Positions 11,755-24,371 are shown, counted from the whole stretch's first letter. The stretch: 62,955 bases of DNA, filler included, from Squatina squatina (GCA_031763465.1; 4 parts of 3 records of this genome joined end to end with filler, not necessarily neighbours in it); one strand, 5' to 3'. A program made the numbers and translations. The notes: generated by a model not told the origin, from the letters alone.

Positions 11755-13130
11755 CTGTAAAAAAAATGGTTTTCACTTTCAGGTATAGCAACCAGCCACT
11801 TTGTTTTAAATTGCACAACGTTAAATATCTACTGAAGATCGGCATATAGCGGGATACAGACTAGGGGTCTATTCTCAGATGTGTCCACTGAGACTTTGTG
11901 CTTTCCCCAGTTACTGTGCCAGTTAAAAATTATGAAGATGTAATGTCAAGTAAAGATGCAAGTGAGAGATTATCTGAAATAAATGCCTGAAGTTTGGGGA
12001 CCCCTAAACCTTTTTAAAACAACTATGGTGTCAAAGTCAAACCATAGCAAACAACTGCATTGCAGACTCTGCACTTTTGGACAATTAACAGCTGCTAACT
12101 CCTTCATGACGTAACTATGACTTATCTACTGCCACATAAAACAGATACTTTGCACAGAAGTGCGTAAAATCAGACTAAATATTTCTGAAATGAGATCTCA
12201 TTGAGAGCAATTTTTAATTTGAACATTTGACAAGTCTGATCCCTTCCCTGTCCAAACAGGAGCCTGCACTGAACTCATTCTAAAATCTGATTAATACAAG
12301 TTTGTTGGACCACGACAGCACATTACGCAAGGTTATTGCAATTCAATAAGCAAACAAACCTACAACTGTAACTGATGAAAATTAATTTCAAGACCAATAA
12401 ATACCTACATTTGTAGAAAACAATTTTTGCTCGCTATATACTTGACACAAAAAGGAACAGTAAATAAAAATTTCAATTTTCAGTATGTACATTTGAATTA
12501 ATAATCTTACAAATGGTGCAGTTATAATGCAAGANNNNNNNNNNGGTTGACAGCATACTCAATTTCACAGAGATCAATCGATCTACCGCACAACGTACCT
12601 CCGTATTCTCATGAAATTAAAGCTAGCCTTTGGCAGATTATTTTTGGCAAAAGCTCTGCACAGATTTACTCCAAAAAGCTTAAGTGCTTCACCATCGAAA
12701 CAGAGTACAGCTTGTTTAACCGGCAACTGTTACCCTTTGATTTTGTATTCAAGTCGCTATGCAATAAACATTTCAAAACATTTTTACGATGTGCTTTGGT
12801 TTGTTGAGGAATAATCAGAATAATCAGAAATAAAATTGCACACTTGCTTAACTGCCTTTAGGGCTACAATTCATTGAGATCACAACACATACTGACCCCC
12901 AAAGGAATCCATCTGTTTCTGTAGTAATGTTTATCACAAAAAAAAATGCAACTGCCTTTGTACTGCCATTCCCCATCTTGCAACTATGTCAGATCCTTAA
13001 ATTTTAGATTTCAAGCTCAAGTAAAATACACAATTCAACAAAATCTTCAGCTATTAAATATCAGTGGGACAAAAATAAACAATAAATCTACAAGAAAAAC
13101 AGCTTTGTTGAACATATACTGACAACTTAC

Positions 13131-13338
13131 TTTTTAAGTGCTGGTGTTTAGGTCGTCCAATGAAGACTGCTAACAAAGGAACAATACAGAAACTATAAGA
13201 TCCAATTAATAGAAAGGTCACAAACATGACATCATTACGACTTCCTGAAGTGTTTGGTGGCACGAGTGTAGAATTGGAGAAAATACGTGGAGAAAAGGTG
13301 GTGTGGGTGCAGCTTCGAAGTCCTCCTAGTACAGTCAT
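13131..13338 (-). CDS. MTUS1: MTUS1 alternative first coding exon (ATIP4-type, transmembrane segment)
   Basis: MTVLGGLRSCTHTTFSPRIFSNSTLVPP...VMFVTFLLIGSYSFCIVPLLAVFIGR, then gtaagt. Matches the recalled ATIP4 N-terminus MTVPGGFRSCT...NSTLTPP...LLVVGSYSLCIIPLLA. Confidence 0.85.
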
Positions 13339-13514
13339 TGAAATGGTCCAAAATCAAGCAGACGCAGAAGTAACATTTCACCCTTGCTCATGCTGCCATT
13401 TCCTACGCTGACCCNNNNNNNNNNNNNNNNNNNNNNNNNNNNNNNNNNNNNNNNNNNNNNNNNNNNNNNNNNNNNNNNNNNNNNNNNNNNNNNNNNNNNN
13501 NNNNNNNNNNNNNN

Positions 13515-15392
13515 TTCTACATCGTGCCCTTGGCTTTTTAACAACTGGAACACTCTGCTTTCCTGGTTTGGTTCGCTCTGCTCCATCACGGTTAAAGGTT
13601 TTATTAAGTTCGTGTGTAGCAGCTTCCACAGAAGAAAACAATGACCTGGAGACATGCAACAAACCACATACTTGACGTTCTGCTCCATTTGCAAAGACTG
13701 AGGTGGAAGGTGCTTTGGTTTGAGGACTGTTATTGCGATTGCATTTTGGGGTTTTGTTTTCTGTAATAGCAGTAGTAGGCAGCTTGTTTGTTGGGAGAGT
13801 TTTCCTAAACACAACCTTCTGGAATTTCAAAATTGGTGATTTTGGTTTCAGTGGCGATTGTGAAAGTGGTTCCTTTTTCAGGTGTTTCGGTGTAAGAGAT
13901 GGAGAACACAGAGACTGGCGAGATGAGATGGAACTGGCAGACCTTGGAAAGTATTTAGATGAACCCTCTGCTGAAAGGGACATATTGCTTTTTGGTGGTG
14001 AAGATATCTGCTGAGCTCTCGATACCACTTTGGGTTTGACATTGTTAAAATTAGGTTTCGGATAACATCTGATCTCCACTTTAGTCAGTTTTGTTTTCAT
14101 ATTTGTGTTGCACTTCATTTTGAAACATGGTTTCTGTACGGGGTCCCTTGCATTTGGCTGCAGCACCAAGTTAGTTGGAGACTCTTCTACCACAGGTGTG
14201 GAACAGCTCTCACCATCAGCTAAGCATGTTAGATTCTGAAATGGTGAGCTGAAGAAAACCATTTTTCTGGACTCTGGCAAAGGAGTGGATGTTTGAGAAT
14301 TTGAACTTTCATCTTCACGAATTGTTGGACTGGAAACCAAAAAGGTTTCATCATTTGCACTCCCTTGGCATGGTCTTCCTGCCTGTGCTTCAGATGCATA
14401 TTTTGCATCGTTATTCTCTTCACTTAGTACTATAAATGTGGCATTCATTGCTGAGCTTATTGGCTTATTGCAAGCTTCACCCAGTTTGGCAACAGCCATT
14501 CCTATATTGGGTCTTTTAATACTAATTTCTTGATAGTACTGTTCATTTATAACTGGTAACTGCCCATCTACTGTTTTTTCCAGTTGATATTTCACACATC
14601 TGTAAACATCAGCAGAACTAGCTGTACTGTGACACACACACTCTCTCAAGTTCTGATTTGGACCGAGGGTGGGGAACTGTGATAGCCCAGTACTTTGGTT
14701 AATGAAATCTGTTTGAAAAAACATTTTCTCTGCTTTATCTAGGGCATGCTGCTGATTTGATACACCTACTGCAGACTCTTTAGAATTCAAGCTGGATTCC
14801 ACTGGCAGTTGATATGTGGTCTTTGTATCATCCATCATCTCTGTTGTACCTGGGGATTCAAAAACCTCCAATGACTGACCGGACATGACATTTTGATCAT
14901 CCGAACTATTAGAAAATACAGATGATTCAAGAATAGGCATACTAGATTCATGATCAGTGCTGCCTACACTGTTGTCCTTCATTTCCAACTCAGATTCAGA
15001 AGGTAGTATTGAGTATTTCAGACTCGTTTCCGTATTAGTTGCAATTCTCATATCATTAGGATTGTCAGTTATACCCGACTTCAAGCCGTTACCTGAAACA
15101 AGACGCTGCAACGTCTTCTGCTTAAGATGTGCTTCATTTGTAACACAAAGGTTCAACTTCTGTTCAATATCTGTTGCACAGCACTCATTTAAGGCTTCAC
15201 TGCAAGGCAACTGACTTTTGATAGTGTGCTTTTGTGTGTGTTCTAGCATACACTGTCCAGAATCTGTTGATGTGACAGAATTCTTCGAGTTCCAACTCAA
15301 ATTTGCAGTGATATATTGATCATCTGAAGAGCTACTTCTTGAATCTACGACAAACGTGCCAACAGATGCTTTGTGATCGCAGAGGTAGTCTC
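13515..15392 (-). CDS. MTUS1: MTUS1 large N-terminal (ATIP3-type) exon, both ends in gaps
   Basis: 1.9-kb Ser/Thr-rich open frame with MNATF, QTSTP and KVEIRCYPKPNFNNVKPKVVSR (MTUS1 YPRPNFKNVKAKV motif). Confidence 0.88.
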
Positions 15393-15686
15393 NNNNNNNN
15401 NNNNNNNNNNNNNNNNNNNNNNNNNNNNNNNNNNNNNNNNNNNNNNNNNNNNNNNNNNNNNNNNNNNNNNNNNNNNNNNNNNNNNNNNNNNNCCAAACTA
15501 CAAATCTGGAATCCAGATGAAAATATGCTTTGCTACATTTGCAACAACAAAAATCCCACAATGATGATCTGACAGTGATTTATACGGATGACTAAACCAC
15601 AAATTGTACCATAGAGCATATAATCTGTTACTCTGATAGTGTCAAGCTGTTCTCCTTGACCATTTCTGCCCTGATTATTTTACTTA

Positions 15687-16131
15687 AAAATACACAATGG
15701 AAATCGCAGTCTAAGGAGGATCTTAAAAGAAGTGAGGGAGGTGGAGAGGAACATTGGTTTCGGGAGGGAATTACAGAGCATGGGGAGGAGGTAGCTGAAG
15801 ATATGGTCACCAATGGTGACCAAAGGGAGGTCGGTGCATAACAGGCCACAGATGGAGGAACAGAGAGTTTGATTCCGTTGTCGGGCTGGAGAAGGTTGCA
15901 GAGATAGGGAGGGGTGAGGCTGTGAACCTATTTAAATGTGAAAATTATTTGTTTTAATTTGGGGTGTTGGAGTACCGTGAGCCAATGTGGGTCAATGAGG
16001 GCACTGGTAATAGTTGAGAGGGTCTTGGTGTGGGTTAGGATACGGGCAGCATAGTTTTGGATTAGCTGAAGGTTATAGAGCATGGAGGATGGGAGTCCGG
16101 CCAGGAGAGTATTGGAATTATTGGGCATGGA
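15687..16131 (-). mobile_element. L2-type LINE 3' fragment
   Basis: Minus strand reads NSNTLLAGLPSSMLYNLQLIQNYAARILT...HWL, the typical L2 ORF2 C-terminus. Confidence 0.75.
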
Positions 16132-16249
16132 NNNNNNNNNNNNNNNNNNNNNNNNNNNNNNNNNNNNNNNNNNNNNNNNNNNNNNNNNNNNNNNNNNNNN
16201 NNNNNNNNNNNNNNNNNNNNNNNNNNNNNNNTGAAAGTATAATGAGAGC

Positions 16250-16660
16250 TAGCGTGCATTTATATAGCACCTTTCCCAATCTCAGGAGTCCCAAAGCGCT
16301 TTGCAGCCAATGAAGTACTTAAGAAGTGTAGTCACTTGTAATTTTAGTAACGAGGCAGCCAATTTGCAAACTGCAAGATATGTCAAACAGCAATGTGATA
16401 AATGACCAAATATTATATTTTTAGTGTTGTTGGTTGAGGGATAAATGTTAACTCTTTTTGTATAGTGCCTTATGATGTTTTACATCTGCCTGTGAGGGCA
16501 GACGGGACCTTGGTTTAACGTCTCATCAAGGTGGTACCCATGACAGGACAGCACTCCCTCAGAATTGCACTGGAGTGTCAGAATTTGTGCTCAAGTCTAC
16601 TTGAGCTCACAACCTTCTGACTTGGGCAAGAGTGCTACCTTTTGAGCCAAAGCTGATACC
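16250..16660 (-). mobile_element. DeuSINE (SacSINE1-like), near full length
   Basis: Reverse complement of the 9478-9830 family: tail gcatttatatagcacc, Deu core ggcagccaatttgc, head gagtgctacc...gagcca. Confidence 0.8.
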
Positions 16661-16801
16661 TATAGAGGGGGCATTGAATTGTGTACTATATTACATGGCA
16701 TTTTTGTTTAGATGTTTTCAGTTCAATATTAAAATAAACAGTGTGATCTTCAACTGTGCTACAAAAAACCCCACAAACTCTCTCGTCTTTTGGAATTGAA
16801 G

Positions 16802-16906
16802 ATGGCAACTGGTGGTGATCCTTTGTTTGAGGAAAGGGTTGAAGATCAGGACTTGCCCAGTTGCGCTGTGAACAATGGAAGTCTGGATGATCAGCTTAAT
16901 AACCGG
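16802..16906 (+). CDS. PCM1: PCM1 first coding exon
   Basis: MATGGDPLFEERVEDQDLPSCAVNNGSLDDQLNNR then gtaag. Matches the PCM1 N-terminus MATGGGPFED..DQDLP..DDRLNN. Confidence 0.88.
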
Positions 16907-17508
16907 GTAAGACAAAATTATTTCAGTTGATTAAGGTGCTGAGAATGTGGGTTAATGCCAAACCAGTGAAACTTTAGTGTAGTACAGTAGAAGCTCTACT
17001 AAGTTGGAAACCTTTTTCATGGGTGAGAAACACCTATTGATATTCCAAAAGAGAGAGAATTTTTGAAAGACTCATTTNNNNNNNNNNNNNNNNNNNNNNN
17101 NNNNNNNNNNNNNNNNNNNNNNNNNNNNNNNNNNNNNNNNNNNNNNNNNNNNNNNNNNNNNNNNNNNNNNNNNNNNNAAGGCTGTCCTTTTGTAAACTTG
17201 CCACTCGAATGGTAGAATGCCAGATGCCTCTTTGTTCTTGAGATCTTGCTGTATACATGACTGCTCGTATAAAACTAAGTGTTCTTAATTGGAGAGTTAA
17301 CAAGATTGTATAGGCTATACTATGTTGGGGTTTATTCAGTGTTATAAATTAGGCACTTCACCAGGAAGTTGAATAATTGTAACTGAAAACCTGATTACTC
17401 ATAGTTGATGATGAAAATAAATTACAGGTCAAAATGAAAAGATCAGAATCAAACAATACATTAAAATATTGTTATTCCACACTAAACATTGTGATGTTTG
17501 TTGGTCAG

Positions 17509-17775
17509 CGGAGCATTGGGAGTGATTCCCATGGCAGAGCCACAGCTGCCAACAACCAACGTCCACCTGTTGAAAATAGGAAGCCATTCAACTTTCTTCA
17601 GCAGCAGATCAACAGCAACAAAAGCAAGGAACCTGACTTAAATCCACAAAGAAGAGAAACAAAGCTGCCTACTTCAAGAATGGATTTGTTTGCATCTATA
17701 AACAAAGATTCATTGCAAAGTGATCAGGTATCACTTGGAGATGACCGAGGAGAATCTGAAATAGAGAGCAGTCAG
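17509..17775 (+). CDS. PCM1: PCM1 exon
   Basis: RSIGSDSHGRATAANNQR..ENRKPFNFL..INSNKSK...ESSQ, bounded by cag and gtgag; 89 codons. Confidence 0.93.
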
Positions 17776-18809
17776 GTGAGACACATAAATTTCACATTTT
17801 ATTATTTTGTTGGTTAATAAAATAAACCTACCAGATTTTATTGGTTTTGAGGGGGAAGAAATGGACGAAGAAATAATTTAGTATTCTATGTCTTATGCAG
17901 CATTGCAAACTAGCTGGCCTGTGAAAATTGGGTGTGAATTAGTGAGAGGAGTGGACGAACCCTAAATGGACAGGCACAATATTTCTCTGTGCACTGCCTC
18001 GGTCGGGTATTAACCCATTTCATATAAATATCTCAACAGAGATTTTGAGACTCGGTTTGACAATGTGAAACATAATTTTAACCTTTTAAAACTTTTATCG
18101 ATAAATAGATGCTAATTGGTTAACTGAAAGTTATTGAGGTGTTTGCTGTAATTGTGTATGTCGGTCATGTATTTACCCCAACTGAACATTGCTGGTTTCC
18201 TTCAATTATATATGCTTTCAAGTTACTGCTATCCGTATTAGAGGGCAAACAGGTAACCTGTTTATAAGCCATTCGCCTGTCTGATAATTGAGCGTCGGGA
18301 TTAACTCATTTATTTTCGTAGATTGGTGCCTCAATTAATATAGCAAGACGGGAATGGATTATGAACGTGTGAAACATTGGTCCGCTAATTTTCTTTCTAC
18401 GTACTAAGTGCTTTTTACACTGCAGCATGCATTTCTGCTGATATTCCATCTGTTTATGATGAATGGCCCCAAAGTCATAATGTATAGTCTCAACCATTAA
18501 CATTTGTGTTTCAAAAATCTGCTTCGTCTCAGTTGATTTTGGTCGTTACGATGTCACAAAGAACCAAATAGACTGCCAAGTATCACCAATGGGTTCCTGT
18601 CTTCATACAGAATCCTATCCCATATTTTAATTTGTTGGTTCACTTTACTTTAGATGGGCTAAGAGNNNNNNNNNNNNNNNNNNNNNNNNNNNNNNNNNNN
18701 NNNNNNNNNNNNNNNNNNNNNNNNNNNNNNNNNNNNNNNNNNNNNNNNNNNNNNNNNNNNNNNNNGTGAACTTCTGTGATAAGGATACACAGTATAAACT
18801 CACTTCCAG

Positions 18810-19205
18810 GTCTTGGCCTTGCCTCAGAGCACCCACATCACTGAGTTAGAAGGTTGTGGTTTGAGCATATAATCTAGGCTGACACCTGAGTGCAGTACTG
18901 AGGGAGAGCTGCACTCAGGTGTAGTTTCAGATAAGACGTTAGCCCCATCTGCCCTCACAAGTATCGTATCACAAGGCACTATTCAAAGAAGTGCAGAGAG
19001 TTCTCCAGGTGTCCTGGTCAACATTTATCACGAATCAACAAAACGAAAAGCAGATGTCCTGGTCATTTATCTCACTGCTGTTTGTCGGACATTTTAATCT
19101 GCAGATTGGCTGCCACATTTCCCTACATTACACAATGATTACACTTCAGAAATACTTCATTGGTCGTGAAGTGCTTTGGATGTGCTTATATAAATGCAAG
19201 TTGAT
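18810..19205 (+). mobile_element. DeuSINE (SacSINE1-like)
   Basis: Same head, Deu core and tataaatgcaag tail as the 9478 copy. Confidence 0.75.
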
Positions 19206-19531
19206 TCTTTAAATATAATTTCTGAAAATAAAGTGGGAAAGCGTCTCATTCCTTTCACTGCTACTATTTTGCATGTCTTTGAGGATTGCAGCTGAATGCC
19301 TTTGTCAAACTAAAAAAAAAAAAGAAACCTTGTTTCTCAGGTAATATGAAAATTATCAATTAAGTTCACTAATACCTGCTACTCATACTGTCAGACACTG
19401 GATCAGGCAGCTCAGATAATTCCCTAACTTTGTAAACTATCTTAAAGTGTGCTCATGATATATTGAACAGTAAAACAGAAATTGTACAGCTCCTTTTTTA
19501 GTGGTCCCTATGTATTTGTTTTGACAAATAG

Positions 19532-19702
19532 GTTGTGAGCAGACTGATCCAGATTCGGGATTACATCAGCAAGGCTCGTTCTATGAGGGATGACCTTATG
19601 GAGAAAAATGAAAGATCCGCTAATGTTGAGCGTTTATCTCAGCTGATAGACCACCTAAAAGAACAGGAAAAGTCCTACATGAAATTTTTGCAAAAGATGT
19701 TG
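19532..19702 (+). CDS. PCM1: PCM1 exon
   Basis: VVSRLIQIRDYISKARSMRDDLMEKNERSANVERLSQLIDHLKEQEKSYMKFLQKML, bounded by tag and gtatgt, in phase with the previous exon. Confidence 0.95.
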
Positions 19703-19865
19703 GTATGTTTTGGAACATTCTGATATTTATATTATTTGTAATAATAGGTGTCCCAGGGTCATGTGCATAACGTGTGCAGTTTGACTTCATTTACCATAAA
19801 ATTCAATGCAGGGGATACATCGCACCTTTTGTGCAGGCTTCTCGTTGTCACCACCTCACTTTTCT

Positions 19866-19943
19866 CCAAAAGCAAAATACTGCAGATGCTGGAAATCTGA
19901 AATAAAAACAGAAAATGCTGGAAATACTCAGCAGGTCAGGCAG
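19866..19943 (+). repeat. Fragment of an abundant elasmobranch interspersed repeat (probably Penelope-associated)
   Basis: aatactgcagatgctggaaatctgaaataaaaacagaaaatgctggaaatactcagcaggtcaggcag, recognised from memory only. Confidence 0.45.
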
Positions 19944-20043
19944 NNNNNNNNNNNNNNNNNNNNNNNNNNNNNNNNNNNNNNNNNNNNTTAATTAATTAAN
20001 NNNNNNNNNNNNNNNNNNNNNNNNNNNNNNNNNNNNNNNNNNN
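19944..20043. other. Artificial scaffold spacer 44N-TTAATTAATTAA-44N
   Basis: Palindromic six-frame stop linker at 19988-19999; synteny changes across it. Confidence 0.97.
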
Positions 20044-20884
20044 CCTTATTACGAATGCTCCTTGCATTGAGACACAAAGCCTTCAGGCTTGTTTTTACAA
20101 CACTCTTACCTGGTGTTTCCAAAGGGTCAGTTTTCGATCCATTACTCTTTGCAGTTTTTATAAACGACCTAGACTCAATGTAAGGAGCAGCATTATAAAG
20201 TTTGCAGATAATATGAAACTTGGCAAAGTAGTAGATAGTGATGAGGATAGTTATCGGCTTCAGGATGACAGACCGGATGATGAAATGGGCAGAAGCATGG
20301 CAGATGGAGTTCAATGCGGACAAGTGTGAAGTGATGCACTCTAGGAGGACTAATCTGGAAAGACAGTATACTATAAATGTCACGATTTTGAAAAGTGGAG
20401 ATGAGCTTAGACCATGGTGTCCATATACACAAATTCTGAAAGGTGACAGGGCAAATTGATAAGATGGTTAAAAAAGCATAAGGGTTACTTGGGTTTATAA
20501 ACAGAAGAATAGAATATGAAAGCAAAGAGATCATACTAGAGCTTCATAAATCACTGATTAGGCCTCAGCTTGAGTATTGTGGACAACTCTGGGCACCAGG
20601 ATTCAGGAAAGATGTAAAAGGCCTTAGAGAGGGTAGACGGAGGTTTACCAGGATGTTACCATGGCTGAGGGACTTCAGTTACAAGGAGAGGTTGGAAAAG
20701 TTAGGTCTGTTCTCATTGGAAAAGAGAAGATTGACAGGTAACCAAATAGATGTTTTCAAGATGACGAAAGGTTTCAATAAAGTAGATAAAGAAAAATGAT
20801 TCCCTCCAGCGAGTGGGCCAATAACCAGAGCTTGTAGATTAAAAATCATTGGCAAAAGATCTAGAGGGGAGATTTTTTTACTCG
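20044..20884 (+). mobile_element. CR1 LINE RT-to-3' fragment (+), abutting a short inverted CR1 endonuclease start (-, 20044-20106)
   Basis: GVSKGSVFDPLLFAVFINDLD...KFADN..LG, W(A)EAWQMEFNADKCEVMH and RPQLEYC, with frameshifts. The minus-strand piece reads LKALCLNARSIRNK. Confidence 0.88.
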
Positions 20885-20984
20885 NNNNNNNNNNNNNNNN
20901 NNNNNNNNNNNNNNNNNNNNNNNNNNNNNNNNNNNNNNNNNNNNNNNNNNNNNNNNNNNNNNNNNNNNNNNNNNNNNNNNNNNN

Positions 20985-21175
20985 GGGTCGGAGAGGAGAG
21001 AGGCCGGGGCCGGAGAGCAGTCCAAGTTCAGAGCCGGGAGCGAGCCCAATTCGGAGACTTCTTGCGGCGGAGTCTGGAAAACAACCGTCTCTCCATCTCC
21101 GCCTGGAGCCGCCGCCACAGTCACAGCCGCCGCCGCCACCAGCAGGCATTCATTCCCCACTTCCGCCGCCATCAT
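20985..21175 (-). CDS. RASA1: RASA1 (p120 RasGAP) exon 1 start, truncated by gap
   Basis: CpG-rich; gaccATGATGGCGGCGGAA gives MMAAEVGNE..., an Ala/Gly-rich start like the recalled RASA1 MMAAEAGSEE. Downstream of and co-oriented with COX7C, as in human. Confidence 0.7.
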
Positions 21176-22804
21176 GGTCACAGCCCGCGCACACACACGA
21201 GGGGGAAACTTTATATATTAGATATATATTTTTTTTAAAAACATGCGACGGTGATGGGGAAGGTGGAACCACAACTTCAATGAACGAGCACTAGCGGAGA
21301 GGAGAGTTCATGACTTCATCAGTCTTCCTTCCTTCCTGTTGCTGGTGTGCACAGCCGAGGCTGTCGCTGACCCCGCACCCAGTGCACATCCCTGGTGTGT
21401 GAGTTAGACCCTGCTTGTCAGTCAGGTATTTCACCATTGAGTGGTGTTACTGCCAAGCCTGTCCTGCCCTCGGACACATGCTCCCAGCGTGGTCCCACGG
21501 TGCTGAGGAGCAGGAGCTGCCAACACTTTACTTTTACTTTCCACTGTCGCTTCCTGGTAAACCAACACAGTGAAAGTGCGTCGGCATGCTCAAGTCTGAT
21601 TGGTCCCTGCTTAACCATGTGACTGTTAATGTATAGGCAGCAAAATTAAAGTTTGACCAAGTGATGGAGTGCACAATACTCTGAGCTCCTTTTTGATGGC
21701 TAGCAAAGTGGAGATGGGGCATAATGATGAATTAGCAGAAAGAGTGGCTGTACTTGCCACTCCAGAGCAGCCTCCCATTTCAACAAGCCTGTAAGGTACA
21801 GGAAAGATAAGTTGACCGTTGTTGCCATTAGAACTGCCAGCATTACAGTACACATTAGCTGCAAGTGGATGACATCTGTTGATCAGACTGTCTGCTGACC
21901 AAAGTCATTGATGTCAGGTGCGCATGGGCACTGCCAGGGAGGCACCCTTCTCTGGTTTTGGTAGAGTGGCACAGTTTGCCTCAACATACTGACGCAACTC
22001 TTACTATAGGGTTCTTTAAATGAACTTCTGTAAATAGCTCGCTCAAGCAGCCCTAGACACCCATTTCATATGGATCAGAACAACAGGAAATTGCATGGAC
22101 ATTTAAATTACGTAACTGAGGGGTAACTGGGATAATTTAATTGCAAATTGGTGGAAGCTTTTGGTGCAAGTCCAAAACCAGAGAAAATTATATGAGCTGA
22201 ATGGTTGGAGACCTGGCATAACAACGTCCAACCATTTCTGCGATCAATTACGCCCATGTAACATCCAGTAATTGGGTGAAAATCAGAAAATCTCTCTCAG
22301 TCAACTGNNNNNNNNNNNNNNNNNNNNNNNNNNNNNNNNNNNNNNNNNNNNNNNNNNNNNNNNNNNNNNNNNNNNNNNNNNNNNNNNNNNNNNNNNNNNN
22401 NNNNNNNATACCAAGAAACTCCTCAATCTGGGACCAGGAATTTAATCCAGCCCAGATAGATAAAAAGATAAAAGTTCTACAAATTAGAAATATTCTATAT
22501 GAAGTGAGTTTTGACAATCTCAACCCAGTTCCTTATGGATATGTACAAAACTGAGCATAAATACAACATGACATAGGCAGAAGGTTTACCGATAGTTAGC
22601 ATAGAAAATGGAACTATTACACGGGTCCAGTAGAGTTGCTTTGAAGTACTAGATCCAACATTTCACTCATTGCTGGATTTCCCAGATCAGCAATCGAAGT
22701 AGGCCCATCCACTGCTGTTGGCAATCCCTGGTCTAAAACAGGATTCTGGGGTCAATTCCTCCACATACAGTTGCCTAACCTGACTAAAGGATCAATACCT
22801 TATG

Positions 22805-23276
22805 TCAGGCTGGGGTTGTGCTGAGATAGTGGTAGGTAGCATGCTGTCGGATGGAGTCAAGGGCACTCAAGTCAAAGATCGAGTCTTGGTTGAGGAGATC
22901 CTCAAAGCAATCCGTCCAGCGGGCGCTGCCTGATTCTCTGTCCTTGATGAGCACCTCTCCGTTCTTAGCTCTCAGTGGCATAGGTCCTTGGGTGCTTTGT
23001 TCGTAGATAGTCTTGACTGCACTGAAGAATCCACGCACATTGCGATTGTTGACTTTATGCTGGATCTCCTGCGCTCTTTCCACCCACCATCTTTTTTTAA
23101 GTCCCGGGTTTTTTGTTGAACCTCGGCCTTCATTTGTCTATAGATCTGTTTCCTTTCCCTTGAGTTTTGGTGATGCTTCCAATTCAAGAACGCCTTGCGT
23201 TTGCGGTTTAATAGCTCCTGGATCTCCTGTTCATCCTCGTCAAACCAGTCTTGGTGTTCCCTGGTAAAGAAACCAA
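22805..23276 (-). mobile_element. RTE-clade LINE ORF fragment (EN-RT linker)
   Basis: HQDWFDEDEQEIQELL..KRKAF...FFSAVKTIY...ARWTDCFEDLLN with a frameshift; typical of RTE. Confidence 0.8.
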
Positions 23277-24371
23277 GGTGGCCCAATTGGGTAGCGCCAC
23301 CTTGGTAGCGCAAGGTCCCAAAATGGTCTGATTTGTGCTTCGCTTTTGCGCTGCTCTTCTAAATCGTGGAATTGGTCATTGTCATTTTTTTTTCTGTCAG
23401 GTGCTAATGGGGCGTCATTTGAGCGCAACTCGACTCAGCTGTGGCGCAAAGGGGGTGAGACAGTTTCAACGGGACCAATCCAGTGAATTAATTGATGGGA
23501 TTCAATCAATTACCAGATCACTCCAGCCCTTAAAGGGAATGTTGAAACTCAGTGCTGCTCAGGTCACTGGCAGTTGCACATTGGAAGGGTGATGCTGTGC
23601 TGTCGTCATTGTAGTGTCTGAGGAAAGTTTGTTGAAAATTGAAGTTCTTTGTGGCACGAGCCCCAAGGTTTACTGACCAGGCTCTAGAGGCACCCGTGGC
23701 AGCAGTGGAGGCGAGGGCGAATCAACTAGTTATCAGCGCAGGCCGAAGGGGTAGTGCTCAGCTGGTGAAGGGTCTGTGGTGATTAATCGCCGTGGAGGTT
23801 TCGGACTCATACGCGGTTCAAAGGGCATCACATCAGTGCCGCAAGAAATTCAATGACCTAAGTCATGCAGTGAAAGTAAGTACCCCTTGCTGTAAAAATG
23901 TGCATATGTGTGATAAGTGTTCTGACTGTGGCAGCCACCTCAACATGCCTTCACTTTAAATTTGGTGTTGCATGCATCACTCATTGGTGTTCATTGGCAA
24001 GTGACACTTTATAAAGGCCATGACATGGATTGCCCATATCTATTAGACGTACGTTGCTTACTATTGTTTTTGTCTCTTCTGCAGTCTAAGCTAGCGAAGA
24101 ATAGGCACGAGCAGCAATGTACTGGGGGAGGGGAGCCAGAAATGATACCCCTCTCAGAGCTGGAGGAAGCCATCCTTAGAACCGATGTTGGTGAGCCCGT
24201 GGCTGCTGGTGGGGCTCTGCCTGCTCATGCAGACAATGGTAATTGCATGCCTTAAAGTGTCACATTGTCGCATTTAAATCTTTGGCTTTACACAGGAGCC
24301 CATTGTCACTGTGAATGCATGGAGTATCCCATGGCTGCCTCCATCCGCCCTCACCCGCATGTATATGGTCT
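23277..24371 (+). mobile_element. PIF/Harbinger element 5' part with a two-exon Myb/SANT-like gene (23651-23875, 24085-24238), one in-frame stop
   Basis: Terminus ggtggcccaattggg. RAPRFTDQALEA.VAAVE...LW*LIAVEV...QCRKKFNDL then gtaagt; cag then SKLAKNRHEQQCTGGGEP..LSELEE. Confidence 0.8.

Noticed and set aside
19988-19999. Palindromic TTAATTAATTAA (also at 34180 and 47603) as a biological site
   Set aside because: It is always centred in exactly 44+44 Ns and is a six-frame stop spacer used for concatenation.
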